DNA from: Eubacteriales bacterium
Lineage (GTDB): Bacteria; Bacillota; Clostridia; Oscillospirales; CAG-272
Length of the DNA stretch: 64,000 bases
Reading direction: 5' to 3'
Assembly (NCBI GenBank): GCA_045613205.1
Contig: JAZLAO010000093.1
Coordinates: forward strand, 18,274-82,273
Both the position numbers and the translations under genes were made by a program. The notes under the pieces were generated by a model, which saw only the letters and a program-made list of their open reading frames with translations, made no database searches and had not been told where the DNA came from. Numbering within the stretch: the stretch's first letter is position 1; each line of letters begins with the position of its first letter. Below are positions 18,061 to 26,897 of this stretch, piece after piece.

Positions 18061-18761
18061 TTTCCGTTCACCTCGTCCCAAGTTTTGCGAAGTGTGTAAA
18101 GCATCTCCTCGGCAGCTGCCTCGGGATCCTTTGCCTTCATAACACCGCTGGTACAGCCGGTAGCCTGAGCTCCTGCTCTGATAACATTTGCAACGTCATC
18201 GGGACCGGAAATTCCTGCGCCCTGAAGAACCATAATATCGGGGTTGATTGCGCGAACCGCTGCAATCGTATCTCTTACGTATCCCATATCGCTTGCAACG
18301 CCCGTTCCGATAAGCTCGGTAGGCTCTGCAACGATAAGGTTGGGAGCGAGGAGCGCAACCTGCTTTATCTCCTCAACCGAATCAGCGCAAACGATAGTTG
18401 CAAGTCCAACCTCGTCTGCACGTGCGATGGTCGCTTTGATTTCATCAAGCGTGAGCTTCTTTTCAGCGTGGTTAAGCATTACGCCAACAGCGCCCGCCTC
18501 TTTAACCGCTTCTGGAAGCACCGAGCCAAGACCGCGTCCGGGCACGAGAGAATCCATATGCTGAGCATAGATATGTACTCTTTCGGTATTTTCAGCGAGA
18601 AGTCTGATGTCGGTGTACTGAGGGGTGAGTATAACGTCAAGGTCATACTTCATAGCGATTTTATCAACCGCCTTTGCGAGCTTCAACATTCTTTCGCCCC
18701 ACATGAAGCATTTGGGACCGATTTCGAAGTAAGGAGCTCGGATTTTGTAATTCTTTAGCAT
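18057..18761 (-). CDS. Triosephosphate-isomerase-family protein of the short archaeal type (234 aa)
   Basis: Catalytic contexts are retained: EIGPKCF (Lys), GVMLNHAEKK (His) and VAEPTELIGTG (Glu). The length and the LNHxE/EPxELIGTG spelling resemble archaeal TIM rather than bacterial TpiA. Confidence 0.75.
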   Translation of the reverse strand: MLKNYKIRAPYFEIGPKCFMWGERMLKLAKAVDKIAMKYDLDVILTPQYTDIRLLAENTERVHIYAQHMDSLVPGRGLGSVLPEAVKEAGAVGVMLNHAEKKLTLDEIKATIARADEVGLATIVCADSVEEIKQVALLAPNLIVAEPTELIGTGVASDMGYVRDTIAAVRAINPDIMVLQGAGISGPDDVANVIRAGAQATGCTSGVMKAKDPEAAAEEMLYTLRKTWDEVNGK

Positions 18762-18786
18762 CTTTAAATCCTTCCGAAAATTATAT

Positions 18787-20211
18787 TTAATTTAATAATT
18801 TGTCAAGCTTGTTGTAGTTTTCGTAAGCCGCGGTGTAATCCGCACCTGTTGGCTGATAGGTACTTTTCGTTTTAACGACCGAATCAACCGCCTCTTTAAG
18901 TGAAGCAAAATCTCCCACTCCTACAGCTGCTGCAAGAGCCGAGCCAAGACATGCCGTTTCACTCTCGGTAAGAGTTTTAAGAACCTTTCCCGTAACGTCG
19001 GATTTTATTGTAGCCCAGAGGGGACTTGCTGCTCCGCCGCCGGTGATTCTTATTTCCTTGATTTTGTCGTCGCCCACGTACTCGAGATCTTGCTTTAACG
19101 TGAATGCAATAGCCTCCATTATAGCTCTGGCAAAATGACCGCGGGTGTGCGAGAGATTTATTCCCGAGAATACCGCTCTTGCGTCGGGATTATACTTAGG
19201 CATTGTAGAACCGGTAAAATACGGAAGCATAGTCAATCCGTCAGAGCCCGGAGCGATATCCTTTGCGAGCTCATCAAGCTCTTTAAAGGAAAAGCTTTCC
19301 GCGAAATTGTTTTTAAACCATTTAAGCGCCATTCCCGCGGTCGATGACCAGAGGATGAGACAATATTTACCGTCAACTGCGTGCAGATGGCACGGAATGA
19401 TGCTGTCAGGATTGTATTCGGGAATCTTATCTGTCATAACGCAAATTGCCATTATAGTTCCGGTCATTTCGCTGATTCGGCTTTCGTCAGTAACACCTGC
19501 GCCAAGCGTTCCTGCAATCTGGTCAAGCATACCGCTGACAACCTTTATTCCCTTATACTCTCCGACGGGAGTCGCGGATTTTACAACTTTCGGAAGAAGC
19601 GACACATCTATGCCTATAAAGTCAAGCATTTCGTCCCACCACTTGCCGTTTACCACGTCATAATATATGGTAGAAGACTGAATGGTAGGCTCGGTCACAA
19701 AATTGCCTGTAAGACGATACATGACGTAATCCTCAAGCATGAAAATTTTGCGAACCTTTGAAAACGCCTCAGGCTCGTTGTTTTTCATCCACAATAACTT
19801 TGACGCGGGCCAGCCGGCAGTGATTTCGGGCTGTCCTGTTACCTCGTATACTCTTTTATTTCCAAAGTGCGCTTTTATTTCTTCAGCTTCCTTTACGGCA
19901 CGGTTGTCGAGCCAGACTATCGCAGGATACACCGCTACTCCGTCATCATCCGTCATAATAAGCGTTTCCCCCTGTGTATCTATCGAGAGGGCTTCAATTT
20001 TTCCGCATTCTTCGGTAAGCTCGTCGATAACCTGCTTGCACATCTCGACGTATTTTTCAGCCTCAAATTCTATGTATCCCGTCGCAGAATCGGTATCAAG
20101 AATGTAGTCAACGGACCTTAATGCAAGTCTTTTTCCGTCTTTCGAAAAAACAGCGGCTTTTATAGACGTCGTTCCGATGTCCAAGCCGAGATATTTTTTT
20201 GTTTCGCTCAT
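18787..20211 (-). CDS. FGGY-family carbohydrate kinase (xylulokinase-like)
   Basis: LGLDIGTTSIKAAVF at the N-terminus, DTQGETL, and GGGAASPLWATIKSDVTG at the C-terminus. Confidence 0.85.
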   Translation of the reverse strand: MSETKKYLGLDIGTTSIKAAVFSKDGKRLALRSVDYILDTDSATGYIEFEAEKYVEMCKQVIDELTEECGKIEALSIDTQGETLIMTDDDGVAVYPAIVWLDNRAVKEAEEIKAHFGNKRVYEVTGQPEITAGWPASKLLWMKNNEPEAFSKVRKIFMLEDYVMYRLTGNFVTEPTIQSSTIYYDVVNGKWWDEMLDFIGIDVSLLPKVVKSATPVGEYKGIKVVSGMLDQIAGTLGAGVTDESRISEMTGTIMAICVMTDKIPEYNPDSIIPCHLHAVDGKYCLILWSSTAGMALKWFKNNFAESFSFKELDELAKDIAPGSDGLTMLPYFTGSTMPKYNPDARAVFSGINLSHTRGHFARAIMEAIAFTLKQDLEYVGDDKIKEIRITGGGAASPLWATIKSDVTGKVLKTLTESETACLGSALAAAVGVGDFASLKEAVDSVVKTKSTYQPTGADYTAAYENYNKLDKLLN

Positions 20212-20246
20212 AACCCTATACCTTTCATTTAATGCAACCGCAGTTT

Positions 20247-20280
20247 TGTTTCGGTTATGTTTCGTTTATGGTTTGTTTTA
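20247..20280 (-). promoter_or_regulatory. Three tandem 11-12-bp direct repeats in the leader of the kinase operon; candidate DeoR operator
   Basis: Plus strand: TGTTTCGGTTA | TGTTTCGTTTA | TGGTTTGTTTTA. The repeats lie between the predicted -10 box (20289-20294) and the RBS of the kinase gene. Confidence 0.4.
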
Positions 20281-20288
20281 GTTACTTT

Positions 20289-20317
20289 ATTGTAACACAA
20301 AACCGCGAGAAAGTCAA
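20289..20317 (-). promoter_or_regulatory. Sigma-A-type promoter of the kinase-to-ppa gene array
   Basis: On the minus strand: TTGACT (20317-20312), a 17-nt spacer, then an extended -10, TGtTACAAT (-10 hexamer at 20294-20289). Confidence 0.55.
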
Positions 20318-20403
20318 TAAAAAACTCTTGATTTTTTACTAAAAAATAAATGGAAAATATTACTTATTTCCAGTTCAAAACGGCAATCGTTCTTTTTTTG
20401 CGC

Positions 20404-20432
20404 TTGCATTTTTAAAAAGCCTATGATATACT
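20404..20432 (+). promoter_or_regulatory. Promoter of the DeoR regulator gene
   Basis: TTGCAT (20404-20409), a 17-nt spacer, then TATACT (20427-20432). Confidence 0.5.
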
Positions 20433-20466
20433 GTACTTAAGATTATAACAAAGGGGCATTTATACT

Positions 20467-21234
20467 ATGTCAACATCCTCAGAAAAACGGCATGAAGAAA
20501 TAATAGAGCTTATACAGATTCACGGAAAGGTTAAGGTTTCCGAGTTAAGTGAAAAATACGGAATTTCCGAGGTTTCGATTCGAAAAGATTTAGAAATGCT
20601 TGAAGCGCAAGGTCACTTGACGAGAATTCACGGCGGAGCGGTAGGCATGAATAAGCTTTACGTAAACATGAACCTCACCGAACGCTTCAAAACTAATGCG
20701 TCATTAAAAAAAGAATTAGCGCCTACCGTGGCAAAATTTATAGATGACAACGATACAATTATGATGAACGGCGGAACAACCCTCACCTACGTTTTACGGG
20801 CGCTTCGCGGAAAACAGAATATTACAATAGTTACAAACTCTATTCCGAACGCAACCGAAGCTGCGCTCTACCCCTCATTTAACGTTATTTTGGTTGGCGG
20901 CCAGCTCGATTCGACATATCAGTTTACTTATGGTCAAGATGCCATACACCAGCTCGAAAATTATCACGCAACGAAATGTATTCTTTCGGTAGACGGAGTA
21001 AGCGCAGAATCCGGACTTACTCTCTATTCCTCGAATGAAGCAGCGCTTGCAAGAAAAATGGTAGAATGCTCGGATGTTACCATAATCGCTGCCGATGCAA
21101 CCAAGATAGGCAAAAAGGTTTTCGCTAAAATAATTGACGCTTCAAAAATCGACATTCTCGCCACCACAAAAACCGATAAATCAAACGAGGTTTCAGAACT
21201 CGAAAAACTGGGCGTTAAAGTACATCAATCATAG
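20467..21234 (+). CDS. DeoR-family transcriptional repressor
   Basis: An N-terminal wHTH (RHEEIIELIQIHGKVKVSELSEKYGISEVSIRKDLEMLEAQG) plus a DeoR C-terminal sugar-phosphate sensor domain (MMNGGTT...ILSVDGV). It is divergent from the kinase operon. Confidence 0.9.
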   Translation: MSTSSEKRHEEIIELIQIHGKVKVSELSEKYGISEVSIRKDLEMLEAQGHLTRIHGGAVGMNKLYVNMNLTERFKTNASLKKELAPTVAKFIDDNDTIMMNGGTTLTYVLRALRGKQNITIVTNSIPNATEAALYPSFNVILVGGQLDSTYQFTYGQDAIHQLENYHATKCILSVDGVSAESGLTLYSSNEAALARKMVECSDVTIIAADATKIGKKVFAKIIDASKIDILATTKTDKSNEVSELEKLGVKVHQS

Positions 21235-21338
21235 TACAATTTTATACTTTCGCTCTACATGCGTGTTTTTTTATACAAAACGTGTATTTTTTTGTACGCT
21301 AAAGAACACAAAATATTATATAATGGACGTGTAAGATA

Positions 21339-22226
21339 ATGCAATACGATACTGTAAAATTCAAAATGAACAAAGCCCTTGATATAAGCTCGATAACGTC
21401 GATTCACTATTTTGAATTCAGCGATGATTTTATCGATACTCTTGAATCGCACGAGCAGTGGGAGCTTGTATATATGGACAGAGGCGAATGCGATATAATA
21501 GCAGACGACAGAATCTTTCTCTTAAAGCAGGGAGAGATGTATTTCCACAAGCCGAACGAGCCGCATATGCTCAAAACGATTAAAGGTGTCGCGCCGAACG
21601 TTTTTATTATAACCTTCTCTTCCCCATCGGTTGCTATGTCGTACTTTGAGGAAAAGAAAATACACGCTTCAATGTCCACAAAGCAGCATATATCAGCAAT
21701 TATACATGAAGCGCAAGAGACATTTGACCTTCCGTTTAACACCCCGGATATGAAAGGCTTAAAGCTTAAGTCAAACGGTTCTTTATGGGGCGGTGCTCAA
21801 TCGGTGTTTTTACGGTTTGAGCTTATGCTTATCGAGATAATCAGAGAAAACAATTATTACACCGAACAAAAGAAAATGTTTTTCCCTAAAGATATTATTG
21901 ATGACGAATTTGCTCTTAAGATAATTGCTTTTATGGAAAAGCGTATATACGGCAAATTTACGATGTCCGAGCTCAGCCGCGAGCTATCCTTTGGAAAAAC
22001 CTACATTTCAAAATACTTTTCCAAGGTATCCGGATACTCTATCGTGAACTACTTCACAATGATGAAAATCAACGAGGCAAAAAGGCTTATTCGCGAAACC
22101 ACGCACAATTTCTTCGAAATTTCGGAGATGCTGATGTTTACAAATTCGCACTACTTTTCTTCTGTTTTTAAAAAATACACGGGTATGACCCCGACCCAGT
22201 ACAAAAAATCTTGTATAAATAAATAA
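21339..22226 (+). CDS. AraC-family transcriptional regulator (cupin sensor plus double HTH)
   Basis: An N-terminal cupin-like domain (HEQWELVYMDRGE...) and a C-terminal AraC signature (FTNSHYFSSVFKKYTGMTPTQYKK). Confidence 0.85.
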   Translation: MQYDTVKFKMNKALDISSITSIHYFEFSDDFIDTLESHEQWELVYMDRGECDIIADDRIFLLKQGEMYFHKPNEPHMLKTIKGVAPNVFIITFSSPSVAMSYFEEKKIHASMSTKQHISAIIHEAQETFDLPFNTPDMKGLKLKSNGSLWGGAQSVFLRFELMLIEIIRENNYYTEQKKMFFPKDIIDDEFALKIIAFMEKRIYGKFTMSELSRELSFGKTYISKYFSKVSGYSIVNYFTMMKINEAKRLIRETTHNFFEISEMLMFTNSHYFSSVFKKYTGMTPTQYKKSCINK

Positions 22227-22239
22227 AGGAGATTACGGA

Positions 22240-23382
22240 ATGAAAACAGCTATAATCAACACCACGATTGTACTTCCCGACTATCTGATTCCTAACGGAA
22301 CTATAGTTATTGAAGACGGAGTTATCATTGATTTCGGCAAAAAAATCTCTACCGAAGGCATGGACGTTATTGATGCAAAGGGCGGATATACAGGCCCCGG
22401 ACTTATTGACATACATACACATGCGGACGGTGACACATTTTTTACGGAAGATCCGGTAAAGGCGGCTAACAAAATTCTCAGTCACGGTATAACCGACGTC
22501 ATGCCCGCACTTTATTTCAGTGCTTCTGGTCCCGAGCTTATCGAACAAATAAATGAGCTCAAAAAGGCTAAGGACTCAGGCGGCGCCCCAAACATCATAG
22601 GTCTTTATATGGAAGCTCCTTATATGAATCCCAAATTCGGATGCAACCGCGAGAACAATCCTTGGAGATTTGATATAAAAAAAGAGGAATATATGCCCGT
22701 GCTTGAAGCCGGACGTGATTTTGTAAAGGTTTGGGTAGTCGCTCCCGAGCGTGAAGGAATAGAGAATTTTGTTAAGGATGCAAAGGCTATCGACCCCAAA
22801 GTACGATTCTCTGTAGGACACAGCGAAGCTGAACCCGCAGAGATTGAAGCACTTATTCCCTACGGCCTCTGCCTTGCAACTCACCATATGAACGCTACAG
22901 GAACGCTTCAAAAATATCCCGAATGCCGTACTGCCTGCGTTGACGAAGCTGCGCTTTACAACAATTCTATATATACCGAGCTTATATGCGATAAAGTTGG
23001 TATACACGTTTCCCCTTATCTTCTCCGTCTTGTTAAGAAAATAAAGGGTGACGACAGAATAATCCTTATTTCCGATGCATACGTCGATCACGGTCCTATT
23101 CCCGAAGGCGACCTTTATGAAGGCGCTGACGATATCAATTTCGACTTCTCCGGTGAAATTGCCGGAAGCAAGATGATTCTTGACGGCTCTTGCCGAAATA
23201 TGATGATACATACAGGCGCATCTCTTTGCCAGGTATTCAAATATGCATCTACAAACCCGGCAACTATGCTCGGTCTTACCGACAGAGGCGTTATTAAAAA
23301 AGGCAACAAAGCCAACCTTATCACCGTAAGCGCCGAATTCGAGGTGCAATCGGTATACCTTGACGGTAAAAAAGTTAGGTAA
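22240..23382 (+). CDS. NagA-like amidohydrolase (N-acetylhexosamine-6-phosphate deacetylase family)
   Basis: A metal-binding motif (GPGLIDIHTHADG), an overall amidohydrolase layout at 380 aa, and the C-terminal ending ANLITV...VQSVYLDGKKV, typical of NagA. Confidence 0.7.
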   Translation: MKTAIINTTIVLPDYLIPNGTIVIEDGVIIDFGKKISTEGMDVIDAKGGYTGPGLIDIHTHADGDTFFTEDPVKAANKILSHGITDVMPALYFSASGPELIEQINELKKAKDSGGAPNIIGLYMEAPYMNPKFGCNRENNPWRFDIKKEEYMPVLEAGRDFVKVWVVAPEREGIENFVKDAKAIDPKVRFSVGHSEAEPAEIEALIPYGLCLATHHMNATGTLQKYPECRTACVDEAALYNNSIYTELICDKVGIHVSPYLLRLVKKIKGDDRIILISDAYVDHGPIPEGDLYEGADDINFDFSGEIAGSKMILDGSCRNMMIHTGASLCQVFKYASTNPATMLGLTDRGVIKKGNKANLITVSAEFEVQSVYLDGKKVR

Positions 23383-23414
23383 TCAAACAAAATTTACATA
23401 AAGGAGAAAAAGAA

Positions 23415-24386
23415 ATGAATTTTATCACAGATCCCGCAACAAAATTTGATTTTATGCCGGCTGACTTTGTTCCTTTTAAGGACAAAAAAGTATGCGAATA
23501 CGTTCGCAGCCCCAGCGGCAAGGATCTCGAAAAACGCGAGGCTTGGTGGCATCCCGAATTCGAGGTTAAGGTTATGATGAACCCTCATCCCGTTCTTATG
23601 TCTACCCTTTTCACTCGTCTTAAGGCAGCCAGCGAAGCAGGCAAGTCCTTCACCATGATTCTCGGAAACCCCGAGCCTGATACCTACATTCCTCTTGCAC
23701 AGCTTATCAACTACTTCAAGGTTGACTGTTCAAAGGTTCACCTTGTAGCCGAGGACGAATGGGCTGACCAGGACGGAAACATTGCTCCCATCACCTACGA
23801 GGCTGGCTTTGCTCACTCTATGATTAAGTATCTCTACTACCAGATAGACGAGAAGCTTCGTATGCCCATGGAGAACGTTCACTTCCCCACCAACGCTAAC
23901 ATCAAGGATTACTCCAAGATAATCGACGACATCACCGAGGGAACCGGTGCTGACATCGCTTCTACTTCTCCCGGATGGGCAGGTCACATGGCATTTGTTG
24001 ACCCCATTCCCGAATTCATCGGCTCGGGCGACATCGAAGAGTGGCTCAATCAGCCCGCACAGATAGTTAAGCTTCACCCCATGACTATCATGCAGAACTC
24101 CCTTAACGGTACGTTCGGTCAGTCGGGCGACATTGCTAACGTTCCTCCCTGCGCGGCAACCATCGGTCCTCTTGACGTAATGCGCGCTAAAGAAAGAATC
24201 GAGGTTCACGCACTTGCAACCTGCGGTACCTTCTCTTCATGGCAGAGAATGACCAGCCGTCTTTGCACACACGGTCCTATCACTCCTTACCTTCCTTCTA
24301 CTATGCTTCAGACAAAGAAGACCCAGGTATACATTTCCGAAGAGCTCGCAGCTCCGTTTGAGTGCTGGGAAAAGGTTGGATATTAA
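23415..24386 (+). CDS. Divergent, long (323 aa) NagB/6-phosphogluconolactonase-superfamily sugar-phosphate deaminase/isomerase-like protein
   Basis: FTMILGNPEPDTY, VAEDEW and SPGWAGHMAFVDP correspond by eye to the NagB motifs GLPTGGTP, NMDEY and GxDGHIAFNEP. It has about 60 extra N-terminal residues. Confidence 0.6.
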   Translation: MNFITDPATKFDFMPADFVPFKDKKVCEYVRSPSGKDLEKREAWWHPEFEVKVMMNPHPVLMSTLFTRLKAASEAGKSFTMILGNPEPDTYIPLAQLINYFKVDCSKVHLVAEDEWADQDGNIAPITYEAGFAHSMIKYLYYQIDEKLRMPMENVHFPTNANIKDYSKIIDDITEGTGADIASTSPGWAGHMAFVDPIPEFIGSGDIEEWLNQPAQIVKLHPMTIMQNSLNGTFGQSGDIANVPPCAATIGPLDVMRAKERIEVHALATCGTFSSWQRMTSRLCTHGPITPYLPSTMLQTKKTQVYISEELAAPFECWEKVGY

Positions 24387-24400
24387 TCCAAGAATAGTAT

Positions 24401-24438
24401 AAAAAATAATCAGCCGATACGTCGGCTGATTATTTTTT
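24401..24438. terminator. Bidirectional terminator between the convergent nagB-like and comF genes
   Basis: ataatcagccga / tcggctgattat (12-bp perfect stem, 4-nt loop) flanked by an A5 run and a T5 run. Confidence 0.8.
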
Positions 24439-25197
24439 ATATGGATGAAAACGGTCGTCGGTATTAAACGGAACATAGCTGTCCTTATAGGCTATAGAAA
24501 CTGCAGCTCCTATTATTTTCTTTGTGCCGAGTGCGCGTACAAGCATTGCACACGCGGACATTGATGCGCCTGTCGTTACTATATCGTCAACGATTATTAC
24601 GGTCCTTCCCGACAGATTTTTTGCATTTTTCTTTAGCTTAAAGCTGGCGTTTTGGATTCGTTCAGCTCCAACAGTTTTCTTTTGCGGTTTCTTTGCTTTC
24701 GAAATTAACGGCTGATAATACTCGGCAGAAAAGCGTTTTGCAAGAGCTTTTGCCAGTTCAGATGCGTGATCTATACCGTATTTTATCTTCTCCTTGCGCC
24801 GCCGCGGAACATTTAGAAAAACACACTTATCAATATCCTTTACCGACGCGGAAAGCGCCCTGCCAAGTTCATCGACAAGAAAAGCGAGCACGTCCTTTCG
24901 GTTATCTCTTTTCAAGCTGTAAATCAGATTGTTTGAAGGAAGCTCGTCCTTATCCACGTATCTGAACACCTTTATAACCTTACGCACGTAATGGCTTTCG
25001 AGGTATTTATTTGAGCAGTCGCATCTTTCGAGCTCCTTTGAGCATATAGAACAGTTGCGTTTTTTAATCTCACGGTATTCGGATAAGCAATCCGGGCACA
25101 AAACTCTGTCCTCTACCGATAATCGTTTTTTGCACCCAACGCACTTAGGTACTGAAAGATAAAATAAAATTTTGTCCTTAATTTCACTGAAATTCAT
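24430..25197 (-). CDS. comF: ComF-family protein (zinc-finger N-terminus plus phosphoribosyltransferase domain)
   Basis: An N-terminal Cys cluster (CVGCKK...CPDC...CSIC) and a PRT motif (VIIVDDIVTTGASM). Start taken at the ATG at 25197; the upstream in-frame ATG at 25245 would place a GC hairpin inside the coding sequence. Confidence 0.8.
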   Translation of the reverse strand: MNFSEIKDKILFYLSVPKCVGCKKRLSVEDRVLCPDCLSEYREIKKRNCSICSKELERCDCSNKYLESHYVRKVIKVFRYVDKDELPSNNLIYSLKRDNRKDVLAFLVDELGRALSASVKDIDKCVFLNVPRRRKEKIKYGIDHASELAKALAKRFSAEYYQPLISKAKKPQKKTVGAERIQNASFKLKKNAKNLSGRTVIIVDDIVTTGASMSACAMLVRALGTKKIIGAAVSIAYKDSYVPFNTDDRFHPYKK

Positions 25198-25210
25198 ACA
25201 CACTATCAAG

Positions 25211-25236
25211 TACGCCGCCATAAAAATGGCGGCGTA
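25211..25236 (-). other. 11-bp perfect GC-rich hairpin in the glnS-comF spacer
   Basis: tacgccgccat-aaaa-atggcggcgta. No U-tract follows on the transcribed (minus) strand, so it is not a canonical terminator. Confidence 0.5.
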
Positions 25237-25241
25237 AAAAA

Positions 25242-26897
25242 TCATTTTTGTTTCGGGAAGCTGTCTTTAAGACCTACTATTCTGTTAAAGGTATTCTCAT
25301 TCTTGGTATCCTTAACAAAGTATCCGCATCTTACAAACTGGAACTTCTCAAGCGGCTCTGCATCTTTAAGCGACGGCTCAATTTTTGCTCCCTCAATCTT
25401 TGTTACAGAATCGCGGTTAAGATAATCGTCGAAGGTTTTACCCTCGGGTATTTCCGATGTATTTTCAATATCAAAGAGAAAATCGTACATCATAACCGTT
25501 GTATCAACGGCATTTTCGGTTGAAAGCCAATGGATAGTTCCCTTCACCTTTCTTCCGTCCACAGGATTTCCGTTTTTCGTTTCAAGGTCGGCAGTACAGT
25601 GAATTTCAATTACGTTGCCGTCATTATCCTTGATTATCTCGTTACACTTAACGATATACGCACCCATAAGACGAACCTCTCCGTCGGGCTTCATGCGGAA
25701 GAATTTTGGAGGCGGAACCTCGGCAAAATCATCTCTGTCAATGTAAAGCTCACGAGTAAATGCAAGATTACGAACGCCTGCATTTTCATCATTAGGATTA
25801 TTGGGAACCGGGAAATATTCAACCTGTCCCTCAGGATAGTTAGTTACAACAACCTTTATGGGATGTAGTATCGCAATTCTACGCTGTGCGGATAAATTAA
25901 GCTCTTCTCTTATGCAATGCTCAAGAAGCTCGTAATCAACGACGCTGTATGCCTTTGCGACACCCGCCCTTGAAACAAAATCAAATATAGCCTCGGGCGT
26001 ATATCCGCGTCTGCGAAGACCGCAAAGTGTAGGCATTCTGGGATCATCCCAACCGTCAACCAGTCCCGTTTCAACAAGCTGGCGCAAATATCTTTTCGAC
26101 ATAACGGTATGAGTCACGTTGAGTCTTGCAAATTCACGCTGCTTAGGCTTGTTTTCAAAACCGATATTATCAACCACCCACTCGTAGAGCGGACGGTGGT
26201 TTTCAAATTCAATTGAGCAAAGGGAATGCGTGATACTCTCAAGCGCGTCCTGAATGGGATGCGCGTAATCGTAGAGCGGATATATACACCACTTATTTCC
26301 CTGCCTGTGATGATCGGTATGAACGATTCTGTAAATCGCAGGGTCGCGAAGATTCATATTCGAAGACGACATGTCGATTTTAGCGCGCAAGGTCTTTGCA
26401 CCGTCGGGAAATTCTCCGTTCTTCATACGCTCGAACAAATCGAGGTTTTCCTCTACGCTTCTGTTTCTGTACGGACTGTTTTTACCCGGAACGGTAAGAG
26501 TTCCTCTGTATTCACGAAGCTCGTCCGCATTCAAATCACATACGTATGCCTTACCGTCTTTGATAAGCTGTACTGCATATTCGTAGCATTTATCAAAATA
26601 GTCGGAGCCGTAAAAAACACCGCCTGTAGGCTCGCATCCGAGCCATTTCAAATCCTCGTATATGCTTTCTACGTACTCGTTATCCTCTTTTGCCGGGTTG
26701 GTATCGTCGTATCTGAGGTTAAAAAGACCGCCGTACTTTTTAGCAGTCATTGTGTTTATCCATATCGCTTTTGCTGAGCCGATATGCAAATATCCGTTGG
26801 GCTCGGGCGGAAAACGCGTATGAATCTTCAAATCGGGATTATCCGCAATGTCCTTATCGATAATGTCATGAATGAAATTGCTTCTTACTTCTTCCAT
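25242..26897 (-). CDS. glnS: Glutaminyl-tRNA synthetase
   Basis: A class I HIGH motif ([14 protein letters not shown]), a KMSKS variant (VMSKR), and a GlnRS-type anticodon-binding beta-barrel C-terminus. 551 aa. Confidence 0.93.
   Translation of the reverse strand: MEEVRSNFIHDIIDKDIADNPDLKIHTRFPPEPNGYLHIGSAKAIWINTMTAKKYGGLFNLRYDDTNPAKEDNEYVESIYEDLKWLGCEPTGGVFYGSDYFDKCYEYAVQLIKDGKAYVCDLNADELREYRGTLTVPGKNSPYRNRSVEENLDLFERMKNGEFPDGAKTLRAKIDMSSSNMNLRDPAIYRIVHTDHHRQGNKWCIYPLYDYAHPIQDALESITHSLCSIEFENHRPLYEWVVDNIGFENKPKQREFARLNVTHTVMSKRYLRQLVETGLVDGWDDPRMPTLCGLRRRGYTPEAIFDFVSRAGVAKAYSVVDYELLEHCIREELNLSAQRRIAILHPIKVVVTNYPEGQVEYFPVPNNPNDENAGVRNLAFTRELYIDRDDFAEVPPPKFFRMKPDGEVRLMGAYIVKCNEIIKDNDGNVIEIHCTADLETKNGNPVDGRKVKGTIHWLSTENAVDTTVMMYDFLFDIENTSEIPEGKTFDDYLNRDSVTKIEGAKIEPSLKDAEPLEKFQFVRCGYFVKDTKNENTFNRIVGLKDSFPKQK

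Noticed and set aside
17919-18758. Other long antisense ORFs: 17919-18758 (279 aa), 22576-23349 (257 aa), 41930-42781 (283 aa), 10925-11560, 60463-61002 and others.
   Set aside because: They have the same shadow-frame explanation. Each is fully nested opposite a gene with clear family motifs. Each lacks an SD sequence and has an implausible composition.
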